A stretch of 21,383 nt of DNA from Candidatus Methylumidiphilus sp. (GCA_046089945.1 JBJSYU010000394.1:1-21383), one strand, 5' to 3'. Shown: positions 1-10,031, counted from the first letter of the stretch. Notes: generated by a model from the sequence alone, not told the origin. Numbers and translations: made by a program.

Positions 1-918
1 GTGTTCGACAAAACCGGCACCATCACCGAAGGCCGGCCGCAAGTCACCGACATGGCCAACCTCTCCGGCCTGCCCGACGGCCTGCTGCTGGCGCTGGCCG
101 GTTCGGCGGAACTGCACTCCGAACACTTCTTAGGCAAAGCCATCGTCGCCCATGTCCGCGAATTGGGGCTGGCGCTGACTGACCCCGCCGCGTTCCAAAA
201 CGAACCCGGCCGCGGCGTCCGCGCCGAAATCGGCGGACGCTTGCTGTTCATCGGCAACCGCCCCTGGCTGGAGGCGCAGGCCATCGCCACTGGCCCGGCG
301 CAAGCCATCGCCGAACACCTAGGCGGCGAAGGCAAAACCCCAGTGTATATGGCGCTGGACGGCGAACTGGCGGCGGTGTTCGGCATCGCCGACCAAGCCC
401 GCGCCAACGCCCGCGAAGCCATCGCGCAACTGCATGCGATGGGCGTCAAAACCCTGATGGCGACCGGCGACGTGCCGGCCGCCGCGCACTACATCGCCGC
501 GCTGGTCGGCATCGACGAAGTGATTGCCCAGGCCCGCCCGGAAGACAAGCTGGCCATCATCCGCGAATTGCAGGGACGGGGCGAAAAAGTCGGCATGATC
601 GGCGATGGCATCAACGACGCCCCGGCGCTCGCCGCCGCCGATGTCAGCCTCGCCATCGGCGGCGGCGCCGACGTGGCGATGCAGACCGCCGACCTGACCC
701 TGGTCAACGGCGACATCAGCAAAGCCGCCGAAGCCATGGAACTCAGCAGTTTCACTATCCGCGTCATCCGCCAAAACCTGTTCTGGGCCTTCGGCTACAA
801 CATCGTCGCCATACCGATTGCCGCGCTCGGCAAGCTCAACCCGATGATCGCCTCGGCGGCGATGGCGATGAGTTCGGTGTCCGTGGTGCTGAACTCGCTG
901 CGCCTGCAAAAGAAGTGA
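1..918 (+). CDS. copA: Cu+-translocating P1B-type ATPase, C-terminal part (truncated at the window edge)
   Basis: Starts at the DKTGTIT phosphorylation motif; GDGINDAPALAAADV hinge motif; C-terminal YN...PIAALG...AMAMSSVSVVLNSLRL typical of Cu+ P1B-1 ATPases. N-terminal part lies outside the window. Confidence 0.9.
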   Translation: MFDKTGTITEGRPQVTDMANLSGLPDGLLLALAGSAELHSEHFLGKAIVAHVRELGLALTDPAAFQNEPGRGVRAEIGGRLLFIGNRPWLEAQAIATGPAQAIAEHLGGEGKTPVYMALDGELAAVFGIADQARANAREAIAQLHAMGVKTLMATGDVPAAAHYIAALVGIDEVIAQARPEDKLAIIRELQGRGEKVGMIGDGINDAPALAAADVSLAIGGGADVAMQTADLTLVNGDISKAAEAMELSSFTIRVIRQNLFWAFGYNIVAIPIAALGKLNPMIASAAMAMSSVSVVLNSLRLQKK

Positions 919-1724
919 AGACCGACAGCCTGTTTTACCGCCTGCTGCAAGCCCAGCCCACCCTCGCCTTTGAACTGGCCGGGGTGGACGCGCCGGACGC
1001 CTCGCGTTATGGGTTTATCTCGCAGGAAATCAAACAAACCGCCTTCCGCCTAGACGGCATCGCCGAACCGCCCGCAGACCGGCCCGACGCGCCTAGGGGA
1101 TACATCGAAGCGCAGTTCCAAGCCGACGCCGGCTTTTACCTGCGTTTTGTCGGCGAAATCCTGCTGCATCTCAAGCAATACCCCTGCCAAAATCCTTGGC
1201 AAGCCGTCGTGATATACCCCACAGCCGCCACCGAATGCCTCTCGCCAACGACGGCCCCGTTGCTGGCTTTGCCGAATTTGCACCGGGTTTATTTGGACAA
1301 ACTGGCATTATTGGACAGCACCAACCCCAAACTCTGGCTCATCGCCCTAATCGTCGCCGAACAGGCCGCGATACCCCCCATCGTGCGCAAAGTCCAAGCC
1401 CATCAGCAAACCGGCCCCACCGACGGCATCGACTGGCTGGATTTGCTGGAAACCATCCTAGTCTACAAACTGCCAAAATTCAGCCGCGAGGAGATTCAAA
1501 AAATGTTCAACTTCACTGATGTAGGTTTGAAAGAAACCCGGTTTTATCAGGATGTGCTGACTGAAGGCGAAGCCACCATGCTGCTGCGCCTATTGGAACG
1601 CAAATTCCGCCCGCTGCCCGAAACCGCCCGCCAGCGCATCGCCGCCGCCGATGCCGAAACCCTGCTGATCTGGGGCGAGCGGTTGTTGGATGCCAAAAGT
1701 TTGGATGAGGTTTGGGGGCGCTGA
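915..1724 (+). CDS. Rpn/DUF2887-like PD-(D/E)XK-family protein
   Basis: 269 aa; N-terminal MKTDSLFYRLLQAQPTLAFEL, YIEAQFQAD (ExQ-type nuclease-like motif), C-terminal LLRLLERKF...LL.WGERLLDAKSLDEVW (DUF4351-like). GTG start overlaps the upstream stop codon (GTGA). Confidence 0.75.
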   Translation: MKTDSLFYRLLQAQPTLAFELAGVDAPDASRYGFISQEIKQTAFRLDGIAEPPADRPDAPRGYIEAQFQADAGFYLRFVGEILLHLKQYPCQNPWQAVVIYPTAATECLSPTTAPLLALPNLHRVYLDKLALLDSTNPKLWLIALIVAEQAAIPPIVRKVQAHQQTGPTDGIDWLDLLETILVYKLPKFSREEIQKMFNFTDVGLKETRFYQDVLTEGEATMLLRLLERKFRPLPETARQRIAAADAETLLIWGERLLDAKSLDEVWGR

Positions 1725-1757
1725 AGCGATGATTAAAAGGCTGGCGAAAGGCGCGTT

Positions 1758-2294
1758 TTATTGAACCAAAACCGGCCTAATCTGCGCCACCCAAGCTTGT
1801 ATGCGTTCCTCCGTCAACATGCCTTGAGTGCGCTGGTCGATGACGAGGCCGACAAAACGGCCATCGACGATTGATGCGGACTGGTTGAACGTATAGCCTT
1901 CCACGCTCCAATCCCCGACCATCTCCGCGCCATACCCTCGCAATACCCTATGCAATTGGATCATCGAACTGGCGAAGCGGTCGGCGTAGCGTTCCTGCGC
2001 GCCTAAGCCAAACAAGGCGATGCGCTTGCCGGACAAGTCCACCTCGCCTAAGGCTTGCAAAAACTCCTCCCAATTCGCTTCGATGCAGCCGGCGCTGCGG
2101 CCGGGCATCGCGCCGTCGCCATAGCTGGGAATCCCCAAAATCAGCGCGTCATAGCGCAAAAAATCCGCCGGCTGTACGCGGTTGACGTTGACCGGCTTGT
2201 CAGCGGCCTCGTCGCCTAGCAGCTTGTGGATCTTTTTGGCGATCAGCCGCGTCGTGCCGGTTTCTGTGCCGAAAAATATGCCGATTTTGCCCAT
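1758..2294 (-). CDS. Long-chain flavodoxin (FldA/NifF type)
   Basis: 178 aa; N-terminal GKIGIFFGTETGTTRLIAKKI FMN-binding loop; ALILGIPSYGDG; FGLGAQERYADRF; WSVEGYTF. Confidence 0.9.
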   Translation of the reverse strand: MGKIGIFFGTETGTTRLIAKKIHKLLGDEAADKPVNVNRVQPADFLRYDALILGIPSYGDGAMPGRSAGCIEANWEEFLQALGEVDLSGKRIALFGLGAQERYADRFASSMIQLHRVLRGYGAEMVGDWSVEGYTFNQSASIVDGRFVGLVIDQRTQGMLTEERIQAWVAQIRPVLVQ

Positions 2295-2457
2295 GGTTCA
2301 CCTTTGATTAAGTGGTTGATTGTGCGGCGCTCTAAAGCTTGCCGCACCTGCGGATTGAATCTGTGATATTCTTTTTTACGCTGTACTGCGGCTGGCTATC
2401 AGCAGCATCCTCTGAGGCTTCACTTTACCTAAAAAACACGCACGGGAGAACCCTATA

Positions 2458-2931
2458 ATGAGCAATAGAAAATTCGCCGAATGGTCAGATGAATTAAGTG
2501 TCGGCATCGAGGAAATCGATGTGCAACACAAAATGCTGGTGGAACTCGTCAACCGTCTGTATGAGGAGAGCATCGTCCACCGGGCAAGTATCGAAGTGCT
2601 GGAGGATATATTGAACGAATTGGTGGAATACACGATTATCCATTTCGCCGTCGAGGAGAGCCTGTTCCGCATTTTCGATTATCCCGCCACCGAAATCCAC
2701 ACCCAACACCACAATGACTTAAAGGCGCAAGTGTTGGAATTGCAGAAGAAAGTGCGGCGTGGCGAGGCCACGGTCAATACCGAGCTGCTGGTGTTTTTAA
2801 AGAACTGGCTGTCTTACCATATTCTCGAAGAAGACCAGCTTTACGGCCCGTTTCTGGTGCAGCAGGGCGTCAAAAGCACATCGCCGAAAAGCTCGTGGCT
2901 GAGCCGTCTGTGGCGCAAAGATTCCAAGTGA
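2458..2931 (+). CDS. Bacteriohemerythrin
   Basis: 157 aa; W...LSVGIEEIDVQHK...L...H...HF..EE.LF...DYP....H...H and H.LEED, the diiron-ligand pattern of hemerythrins. Confidence 0.92.
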   Translation: MSNRKFAEWSDELSVGIEEIDVQHKMLVELVNRLYEESIVHRASIEVLEDILNELVEYTIIHFAVEESLFRIFDYPATEIHTQHHNDLKAQVLELQKKVRRGEATVNTELLVFLKNWLSYHILEEDQLYGPFLVQQGVKSTSPKSSWLSRLWRKDSK

Positions 2932-3063
2932 CGCCACGCCGTCCCGCAAAAACAGGCGGTTGCGGCGGGGCAAATCCAGCGCCGCGCCGCCGCGCCGGCT
3001 AGGACGGCGGCGTTGCAAGATGGTAAACTTTCCGCATTTTTCAAGCGAGATTAACCAAACATC

Positions 3064-3591
3064 ATGCAGCTCGTCCTCACCGTCGCCGGGGAAGACCGCC
3101 CGGATTTGATTGAGGAACTGGCCCGCACGGTCAGGGATTGCAAGTGCCATATCTTGGAAAGCCGAATGACCGAACTGGGTTCGGAATTTGCCGGCCACCT
3201 GTTGGTGGACGGCAACTGGAACCACATCGTCAAGCTGGAAAACGCACTGGAAGCCATGGCCGTGCGCTACCGCATGAAGATTGCCAGCCTGCGCACCAAG
3301 GAGCAGCGGCCCACGGAAGAAAATGTCATACCCTATGGCGTCGATGTCTTCGCCAGCGACCAGCTCGACAACATCCACGAACTGGCCGACTTCTTCACCA
3401 AGCGCGGCATCAAAATCCTGGATCTCAGCACCAGCCGCTACCCCGCCCCGTACAGCGCCACGCCCTTGTTCATGGCCCGCATCATCGTGAAGATTCCAGT
3501 GAACCTGCGCATCGTGTCCTTGCGCGACGAGTTTCTGGAGTTTTGCGACCAGCAAAACCTCGATGCCATCTTGGAACCCGTCAAACGCTGA
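3064..3591 (+). CDS. gcvR: ACT-domain protein, GcvR-like glycine cleavage system transcriptional repressor
   Basis: 175 aa with two ACT-like halves: LVLTVAGEDRPDLIEELARTVRDCKCHILESRMTELGSEFAGHLLVDGNW... and IIVKIPVNLRIVSLRDEFLEFCDQQNLDAILEPVK. Confidence 0.75.
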   Translation: MQLVLTVAGEDRPDLIEELARTVRDCKCHILESRMTELGSEFAGHLLVDGNWNHIVKLENALEAMAVRYRMKIASLRTKEQRPTEENVIPYGVDVFASDQLDNIHELADFFTKRGIKILDLSTSRYPAPYSATPLFMARIIVKIPVNLRIVSLRDEFLEFCDQQNLDAILEPVKR

Positions 3592-3609
3592 TTTTTTAAG
3601 GAGCCGCCC

Positions 3610-4086
3610 ATGGACACCGTCGCCCTCGGACAGACCCTCCCCGAATTCACCGCCCCCGCCACCTCCGCCACCCACTTGTCGCCGTCCGCCCTGCGGGGCA
3701 AGCCTTGGGTGCTGTACTTTTACCCCAAAGACAGCACCCCCGGCTGCACCCAGGAAGGCCAGGACTTCCGCGACCGGCATGCCGAATTCGTCGAACTCGG
3801 CGCGGCCGTCTTCGGCGTCTCCCGCGACAGCCTGAAATCCCACGAAAATTTCAAAGCCAAACAAGGCTTTCCGTTTGAACTGGTGTCCGACGCCGAGGAA
3901 ACCCTGTGCGCGTTGTTTGACGTGATTAAGCTGAAAAACATGTATGGCAAACAAGTGCGCGGCATCGAGCGCAGCACCTTCCTGATCGACGCGGAAGGCC
4001 GGCTGGCGCATGAATGGCGCAAAGTCAGCGTCAAAGGCCATGCGCAAAAAGTGCTGGACGCCGTGCGCCAATTGGCTGGCGCTTAA
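3610..4086 (+). CDS. bcp: Thiol peroxidase / peroxiredoxin of the Bcp/PrxQ family
   Basis: 158 aa; VLYFYPKDSTPGCTQEGQDFRD peroxidatic-Cys motif, GVSRDS, STFLID..G. Confidence 0.92.
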   Translation: MDTVALGQTLPEFTAPATSATHLSPSALRGKPWVLYFYPKDSTPGCTQEGQDFRDRHAEFVELGAAVFGVSRDSLKSHENFKAKQGFPFELVSDAEETLCALFDVIKLKNMYGKQVRGIERSTFLIDAEGRLAHEWRKVSVKGHAQKVLDAVRQLAGA

Positions 4087-4230
4087 GGAAGCTCTGATTA
4101 AGTCTTTGCTCCCTCCTCCTCGCAGGGGGAGGGTTGGGGTGAGGGTCTTAAAATCCAATGGTTTGCCCCTCACCCTAGCCCTCTCCCCACGGGGCGAGGG
4201 GAAGGGGGAAGGGAGCCAAAGGCTTCCTTA
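4084..4230. repeat. MITE-like/dispersed-repeat element with short terminal inverted repeats
   Basis: TAAGGAAGC at 4084-4092 and reverse complement GCTTCCTTA at 4222-4230 flank G/C-rich inverted segments (GGGGTGAGGG ... CCCCTCACCCTAGCCCTCTCCCCACGGGGCGAGGGG). Non-coding gap between bcp and phoH (overlaps the last 3 bp of bcp). Confidence 0.5.
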
Positions 4231-4248
4231 AAGCGCTCTTAAAGCGCT
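4227..4248. repeat. Perfect 11-bp tandem direct repeat (CTTAAAGCGCT x2)
   Basis: CTTAAAGCGCT at 4227-4237 and again at 4238-4248, about 75 bp upstream of the proposed phoH start. Confidence 0.7.
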
Positions 4249-4324
4249 GCCTGCGACTACAGTGCCCCCGCATCTTTCCCAGCCCGGCCCACGGGACTCT
4301 CCCCCAAACCTCAACAGCAACACC

Positions 4325-5725
4325 ATGGACAAAAAACTCTTCATCCTCGACACCAACGTCCTGATCCATGACCCCTCCGCGCTGTTCCGCTTCCAGGAAC
4401 ACGGCATCTACATCCCGATGATCGTGCTGGAAGAACTGGACAACTCCAAGAAAGGCTTCACCGAAGTCGCCCGCAGCGCCCGCCAAGCCAGCCGCTTCCT
4501 CGACGACCTGATCCGCCACACCGACGTGCAGGCCATCCAAGACGGCATCCCGCTGCCGCAAGTCCAGTTTGCCACCCGCATCGACGAGCGCTGCACCGGC
4601 CGGCTGTATTTCCAAGTGCAGCGCCTATCCTCCGACCTGCCCGACTCGCTGCCCGGCAGCGTCGCCGACAACGCCATCCTCGGCACCGCCCTGGCGCTGG
4701 CCGGGGCGCTTTCCGACACGCAAGTCATCCTGGTGTCGAAAGACATCAACATGCGCATCAAGGCGTCGGTGCTGGGCATCAAGGCCGAGGACTACCACAG
4801 CGACCAAGTGCTGGACGACGTCAACCTGCTCTACAGCGGCATGGAAGAATTGCCGCTGGACTTCTGGGCCACCCACGGCAACAAACTCGACTCATGGAAA
4901 GACCACGTCGGGCGCACCTTCTACAAAGTCGCAGGCCCGCTGGTGCAAAACTGGCACAGCAACCAGTTCCTTTACATGCCCGACGACTCGCAGTTTGAAT
5001 GTCTGGTGCGCAAGCTCGAAGGCGGCACCGCCACGCTGGAATTGGCCCGCGACTACCGCGCCATACAGCACAATGTCTGGGGCATCCAAGCCCGCAACCG
5101 CGAACAAAATTTTGCGCTGAACGTGCTGCTGGACCCGGACATCGACTTCGTCAGCCTGCTCGGCCAGGCCGGCACCGGCAAAACCCTGCTGGCCTTGGCG
5201 GCCGGGCTGGCGCAGACCTTGGACGACAAGCGCTACAAAGAAATCATCATGACCCGCGAAACCATTCCGCTGGGCGAAGACATCGGCTTTTTGCCGGGGA
5301 CGGAAGAAGAAAAAATGGCCCCGTGGATGGGCGCGCTGCTCGACAACCTCGAACTGCTCAGCGACCAAGGCGACCACGGCGACTGGGAGCGCGGCGCGAC
5401 CAGCAGCCTGATCGCCAACCGCGTCAAAGTCCGCGCGCTCAACTTCATGCGCGGGCGCACCTTCCTCAACCGCTACATCATCCTCGACGAGGCGCAAAAC
5501 CTCACACCCAAACAGATGAAAACCCTCATCACCCGCGCCGGCCCAGAGACCAAAGTCATCTGCCTAGGCAACCTCGGCCAGATCGACACCCCCTACCTCA
5601 CCGGCACCACCTCCGGCCTGACCTATGTCGTGGACCACTTCAAAGCCTACCCCCACGGCGCCCACCTCACCCTGCGCCGAGGCGAACGCTCCAGGCTGGC
5701 GGATTTTGCGGCGGAGACTTTGTGA
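4325..5725 (+). CDS. PhoH-family ATPase with N-terminal PIN domain (YlaK-like)
   Basis: ORF 4262..5725; likely start ATG 4325 (MDKKLFILDTNVLIHDPSALFRF, PIN domain). PhoH part has Walker A GQAGTGKT and FLNRYIILDEAQNLTPKQMKTLITRAG. Confidence 0.93.
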   Translation: MDKKLFILDTNVLIHDPSALFRFQEHGIYIPMIVLEELDNSKKGFTEVARSARQASRFLDDLIRHTDVQAIQDGIPLPQVQFATRIDERCTGRLYFQVQRLSSDLPDSLPGSVADNAILGTALALAGALSDTQVILVSKDINMRIKASVLGIKAEDYHSDQVLDDVNLLYSGMEELPLDFWATHGNKLDSWKDHVGRTFYKVAGPLVQNWHSNQFLYMPDDSQFECLVRKLEGGTATLELARDYRAIQHNVWGIQARNREQNFALNVLLDPDIDFVSLLGQAGTGKTLLALAAGLAQTLDDKRYKEIIMTRETIPLGEDIGFLPGTEEEKMAPWMGALLDNLELLSDQGDHGDWERGATSSLIANRVKVRALNFMRGRTFLNRYIILDEAQNLTPKQMKTLITRAGPETKVICLGNLGQIDTPYLTGTTSGLTYVVDHFKAYPHGAHLTLRRGERSRLADFAAETL

Positions 5726-5770
5726 CTTAAGGTTACGCACAACGGCGGGTTTGAGAATCGACGTAGCGTC

Positions 5771-5895
5771 GGCATCCCTGCCGGCCACAATGGAGCGCCA
5801 GCATCCCTGCCGGCGCGGTGTTTGGGCGGTTTGGGTCAATCTTTTTGAGAAGGCGGGCTTGCCGCCCGCTTCGCCGGCAGGGATGCCGGCGCTAC
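5771..5895. repeat. Cluster of three REP/BIME-like palindromic units (consensus GCCGGCAGGGATGCCGGCGCTaC)
   Basis: Minus-oriented copies at 5771-5786 (GGCATCCCTGCCGGCC) and 5793-5816 (GAGCGCCAGCATCCCTGCCGGCGC); plus-oriented copy 5873-5895 (GCCGGCAGGGATGCCGGCGCTAC). Confidence 0.7.
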
Positions 5896-5916
5896 CAGAA
5901 GGGCACGACTACCCCC

Positions 5917-5943
5917 AAAAAAAATCGCCGCCGCTACGCGGCG
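5917..5943 (-). terminator. Intrinsic terminator for the caspase-FGE gene
   Basis: Minus strand reads CGCCGCGTAGCGGCGGCGATTTTTTTTGGGGG: GC-rich hairpin followed by a T8 tract, 47-73 nt beyond the stop codon. Confidence 0.65.
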
Positions 5944-5967
5944 AAAAGCAGAAAACAGAAGGCAGGA

Positions 5968-5988
5968 GACAGAAGACAGAAGACAGAA
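5968..5988. repeat. Short tandem repeat GACAGAA x3 with degenerate flanking units
   Basis: 5968-5974, 5975-5981 and 5982-5988 are perfect GACAGAA units, immediately 3' of the stop codon of the minus-strand gene. Confidence 0.7.
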
Positions 5989-5989
5989 A

Positions 5990-7747
<1,758 letters not shown>

Positions 7748-7795
7748 GGCATGGCTCGGCTTAAAAAAAGGGGTATGTGGGGAAGCGGCCGGCAT

Positions 7796-7840
7796 CGGCG
7801 CAAGGGTTATGCGGCGTAGACCGCACAGCGCGTTGCGCCG
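7796..7840. repeat. Intergenic nested inverted repeat
   Basis: CGGCGCAA (7796-7803) pairs with TTGCGCCG (7833-7840); inner GCGG (7811-7814) pairs with CCGC (7821-7824). Lies between the Rpn-like stop and the caspase-FGE start. Confidence 0.5.
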
Positions 7841-7862
7841 GCATCAAATTCAGCCTTGCCAA

Positions 7863-8672
7863 TTAGCCGTTCAGCTTGCCGCTTTGCAGTGGCTCAAGCT
7901 CCGCCAGCGGCAGGCCGGTAAAATCCGCCACTTGGTCAGCGGTTAGCCCTGCGGCCAGCATCTTTTTTGCCGTCGCCAAGGCTTGCTTATGGGCGCCGGC
8001 CTCTATGCCTCTCTCCCGACCCAATTGGTAAGTCGCCAGTTTTTCCACGTCGATGGTCAGCATTTTCAACTCCTCAAGTATGTCGATGTTTAGGTCGCGG
8101 TTGCCGGCCAGTATGTCCAGCATGTCCACATATTCGCGCAAGCGCTTCGGGTTTTCGCCAAAATGCCGCGACAGCCGAGTCAATATGGTATGGACGACTT
8201 CGCGGGGCCGTTGGCCTTTGAAGTCGCAGAGTATCGCCATGACCCAAGCGTCCGGGGAATCTTGGCGCAGGAAGCTTTCGCCGTCCACCTGCTGCATGTC
8301 CACCATGCGGTAGCGGTATTGGAAATCCGGCATGTCCACGCCGTCCGCCATGGTCAAGCGGTTCTTGCCGATATACAGCAGGTATTGCCGCACCGGCTGG
8401 CCGGGGTGGGCCAGCATGATGTCGCTGAGGTAGCGCAGCATCCGCGCCGGCATATGGCTCTGGTTGTCGTTCTGGATTTCGATGTGCAGCAAAAAGGTTT
8501 CCCCGTCCGGCAGCGCCACTTGCGCCAGCAGGTCGGAGCGGCGCTCTTCCACGCGCTGCGTCTGCGTGTCCAGCAGCACGACGCCGACGACCGGCAGGCC
8601 GAACAAATGGGTGGCGAAGTCGCGCACCAGGATTTTCAGGATGCGTTTGGAGATGATGTCTTTTTTGCCCAT
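7863..8672 (-). CDS. Rpn family / PD-(D/E)XK nuclease-family (transposase_31-like) protein
   Basis: ORF 7863..8837, but the extended N-terminus overlaps a terminator and tRNA. Likely start ATG 8672 (MGKKDIISKRILKILVRDFATHLFGL), RRSDLLAQVALPDGETFLLHIEIQND nuclease-like core, C-terminal AAGLTADQVADFTGLPLAELEPLQ typical of this family. Confidence 0.8.
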   Translation of the reverse strand: MGKKDIISKRILKILVRDFATHLFGLPVVGVVLLDTQTQRVEERRSDLLAQVALPDGETFLLHIEIQNDNQSHMPARMLRYLSDIMLAHPGQPVRQYLLYIGKNRLTMADGVDMPDFQYRYRMVDMQQVDGESFLRQDSPDAWVMAILCDFKGQRPREVVHTILTRLSRHFGENPKRLREYVDMLDILAGNRDLNIDILEELKMLTIDVEKLATYQLGRERGIEAGAHKQALATAKKMLAAGLTADQVADFTGLPLAELEPLQSGKLNG

Positions 8673-8764
8673 GGCGGCGGGTGTGGTGGCGGGCGGGATG
8701 GCGTCTGAGTATCGGCCAAGGCCGGCGCACTGGTCAAGCCGGGGCTTGTGGCGGGCAATAAAAA

Positions 8765-8790
8765 AAGCCTTGCGGCTGCCCGCAAGGCTT
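8765..8790 (-). terminator. Intrinsic terminator of tRNA-Lys
   Basis: Minus strand AAGCCTTGCGG-GCAG-CCGCAAGGCTT followed by TTTT: perfect 11-bp stem downstream of the tRNA. Confidence 0.85.
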
Positions 8791-8798
8791 GTTTTGTT

Positions 8799-8874
8799 TG
8801 GTGGGTCGTCCGCGACTCGAACGCGGGACCATCGCATTAAAAGTGCGGTGCTCTACCGACTGAGCTAACGACCC
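8799..8874 (-). tRNA. tRNA-Lys (TTT anticodon), CCA encoded
   Basis: Minus strand GGGTCGTTAGCTCAGTCGGTAGAGCACCGCACTTTTAATGCGATGGTCCCGCGTTCGAGTCGCGGACGACCCACCA; cloverleaf arms, CTTTTAA anticodon loop, closely matches bacterial tRNA-Lys. Confidence 0.96.
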
Positions 8875-8887
8875 GAAAGAGCCACGC

Positions 8888-8916
8888 ATTATAGTGAATG
8901 AATAAGCAAGGTTCAA
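8888..8916 (-). promoter_or_regulatory. Sigma70-type promoter of tRNA-Lys
   Basis: Minus strand TTGAAC (8911-8916) - 17 nt - TATAAT (8888-8893), ending 13 bp before the tRNA 5' end. Confidence 0.85.
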
Positions 8917-9016
8917 GCCTTGCGCGGGGATTTTCTGCACAGCCCACCCTTGAATTTGCGGGCTGCCGCCCCAACGCTAAAGGCTGTTTTCCACAATCCA
9001 CCACACGAGAGCGGCG

Positions 9017-9724
9017 ATGAACCCACAAGAGCGCGAACTTTTATCCCAGTTTTTAAAACAACTTGGCGATGCCCGCGTCGGCGACAAGAGCGCGGAGGCG
9101 GAGGCGTTGATCCGCGAATCCATCGCCAAGCAGCCGGACGCGGCGTATTTGCTGGTGCAGCGGGCGCTGCTGCTGGAGCAGGCGCTGAACACGGCAAAGG
9201 CGCAGATCGCGCAGTTGCAGAGCCAAGTCCAGGCGCAACAGCCGCCGGGCGGCGGGCGCGGGAGCTTTTTGGGCGGCGGCAATCCGTGGGCGGCGGCGCC
9301 TGAAGCCGGGGCCAATCCGGCGGGCGTCCCCGGCGCGGGCAGCTATCAAATGCCACGCGCAGGTTTTGCCGCCAATGCCGCCGCGCCGGCTGCGGCCCCG
9401 GCGGGCGGCGGCGTCGGCAGTTTCTTGGGCAGCATGGCGACGACGGCGGCCGGCGTGGTCGCCGGGGGCTTTTTGTTCCAAGGCATCGAAAGCTTGCTCG
9501 GCGGGCATCACGGCGGATCGTCGTCGCTGTGGGGCGATAGCGGCAGCGAGCCGGTCGCCGAGCAGACCATCATCAACAACTATTACGGCTCGCCGGATGA
9601 CAACGCTTTGGCCGACAACAGCGGCTGGGGGCAGTCGGACGATGTGGGCAGTTTTCTGGCCGGCAACGATCCCGACCCGCTGCTGGACGATGACAGCGGC
9701 AACGATGATTCCGACTGGGGCTAG
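9017..9724 (+). CDS. DUF2076 family protein
   Basis: 235 aa; MNPQERELLSQFLKQL....DKSAEAEALIRESIAKQPDAAYLLVQRALLLEQAL, Gly/Ala/Pro-rich middle, GGFLFQGIESLLG, acidic C-terminal tail. Confidence 0.85.
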   Translation: MNPQERELLSQFLKQLGDARVGDKSAEAEALIRESIAKQPDAAYLLVQRALLLEQALNTAKAQIAQLQSQVQAQQPPGGGRGSFLGGGNPWAAAPEAGANPAGVPGAGSYQMPRAGFAANAAAPAAAPAGGGVGSFLGSMATTAAGVVAGGFLFQGIESLLGGHHGGSSSLWGDSGSEPVAEQTIINNYYGSPDDNALADNSGWGQSDDVGSFLAGNDPDPLLDDDSGNDDSDWG

Positions 9725-9788
9725 ACATGCCGGGGAAGCGTAGTCAGGGCGGTTTCGGTATGATGGCGCAGCCCCAAACCATCTGGGC

Positions 9789-9820
9789 AAAAAAAAGCGG
9801 GTTGCCGTGAGACAACCCGC
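9789..9820 (-). terminator. Intrinsic terminator on the minus strand, with no assigned minus-strand gene
   Basis: Minus strand GCGGGTTG-TCTCACGG-CAACCCGC-TTTTTTTT: perfect 8-bp stem plus T8. Confidence 0.7.
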
Positions 9821-10031
9821 AACACCATCCCAGAGGATCAAAAAAATCAAAGCTCAAAACGTTTCGCCAGAATCGGACAGGGCAGAAATGTCTTAAACCG
9901 GGCTGTATGATAGGGAATTGCGCCGTGCGCCGTTTTGACTTGGGTCAACAAAGTGCGGGCTTTTCCGCTGGGCGGGCGATGAAAAAACGGTTTTTGCCCA
10001 TTTTTTCTTGGCGCTGGGCGCTTGCCAATCA

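Noticed and set aside
2797-4173. 458-aa minus-strand ORF
   Set aside because: Fully antisense to the well-supported GcvR-like and Bcp genes, translates through the 4084-4230 repeat, low-complexity composition; a high-GC shadow ORF.
8673-8837. N-terminal extension of the Rpn-like ORF (MRWSRVRVADDPPNK...)
   Set aside because: Translates through the tRNA-Lys terminator and into the tRNA gene; ATG at 8672 matches the family N-terminus.
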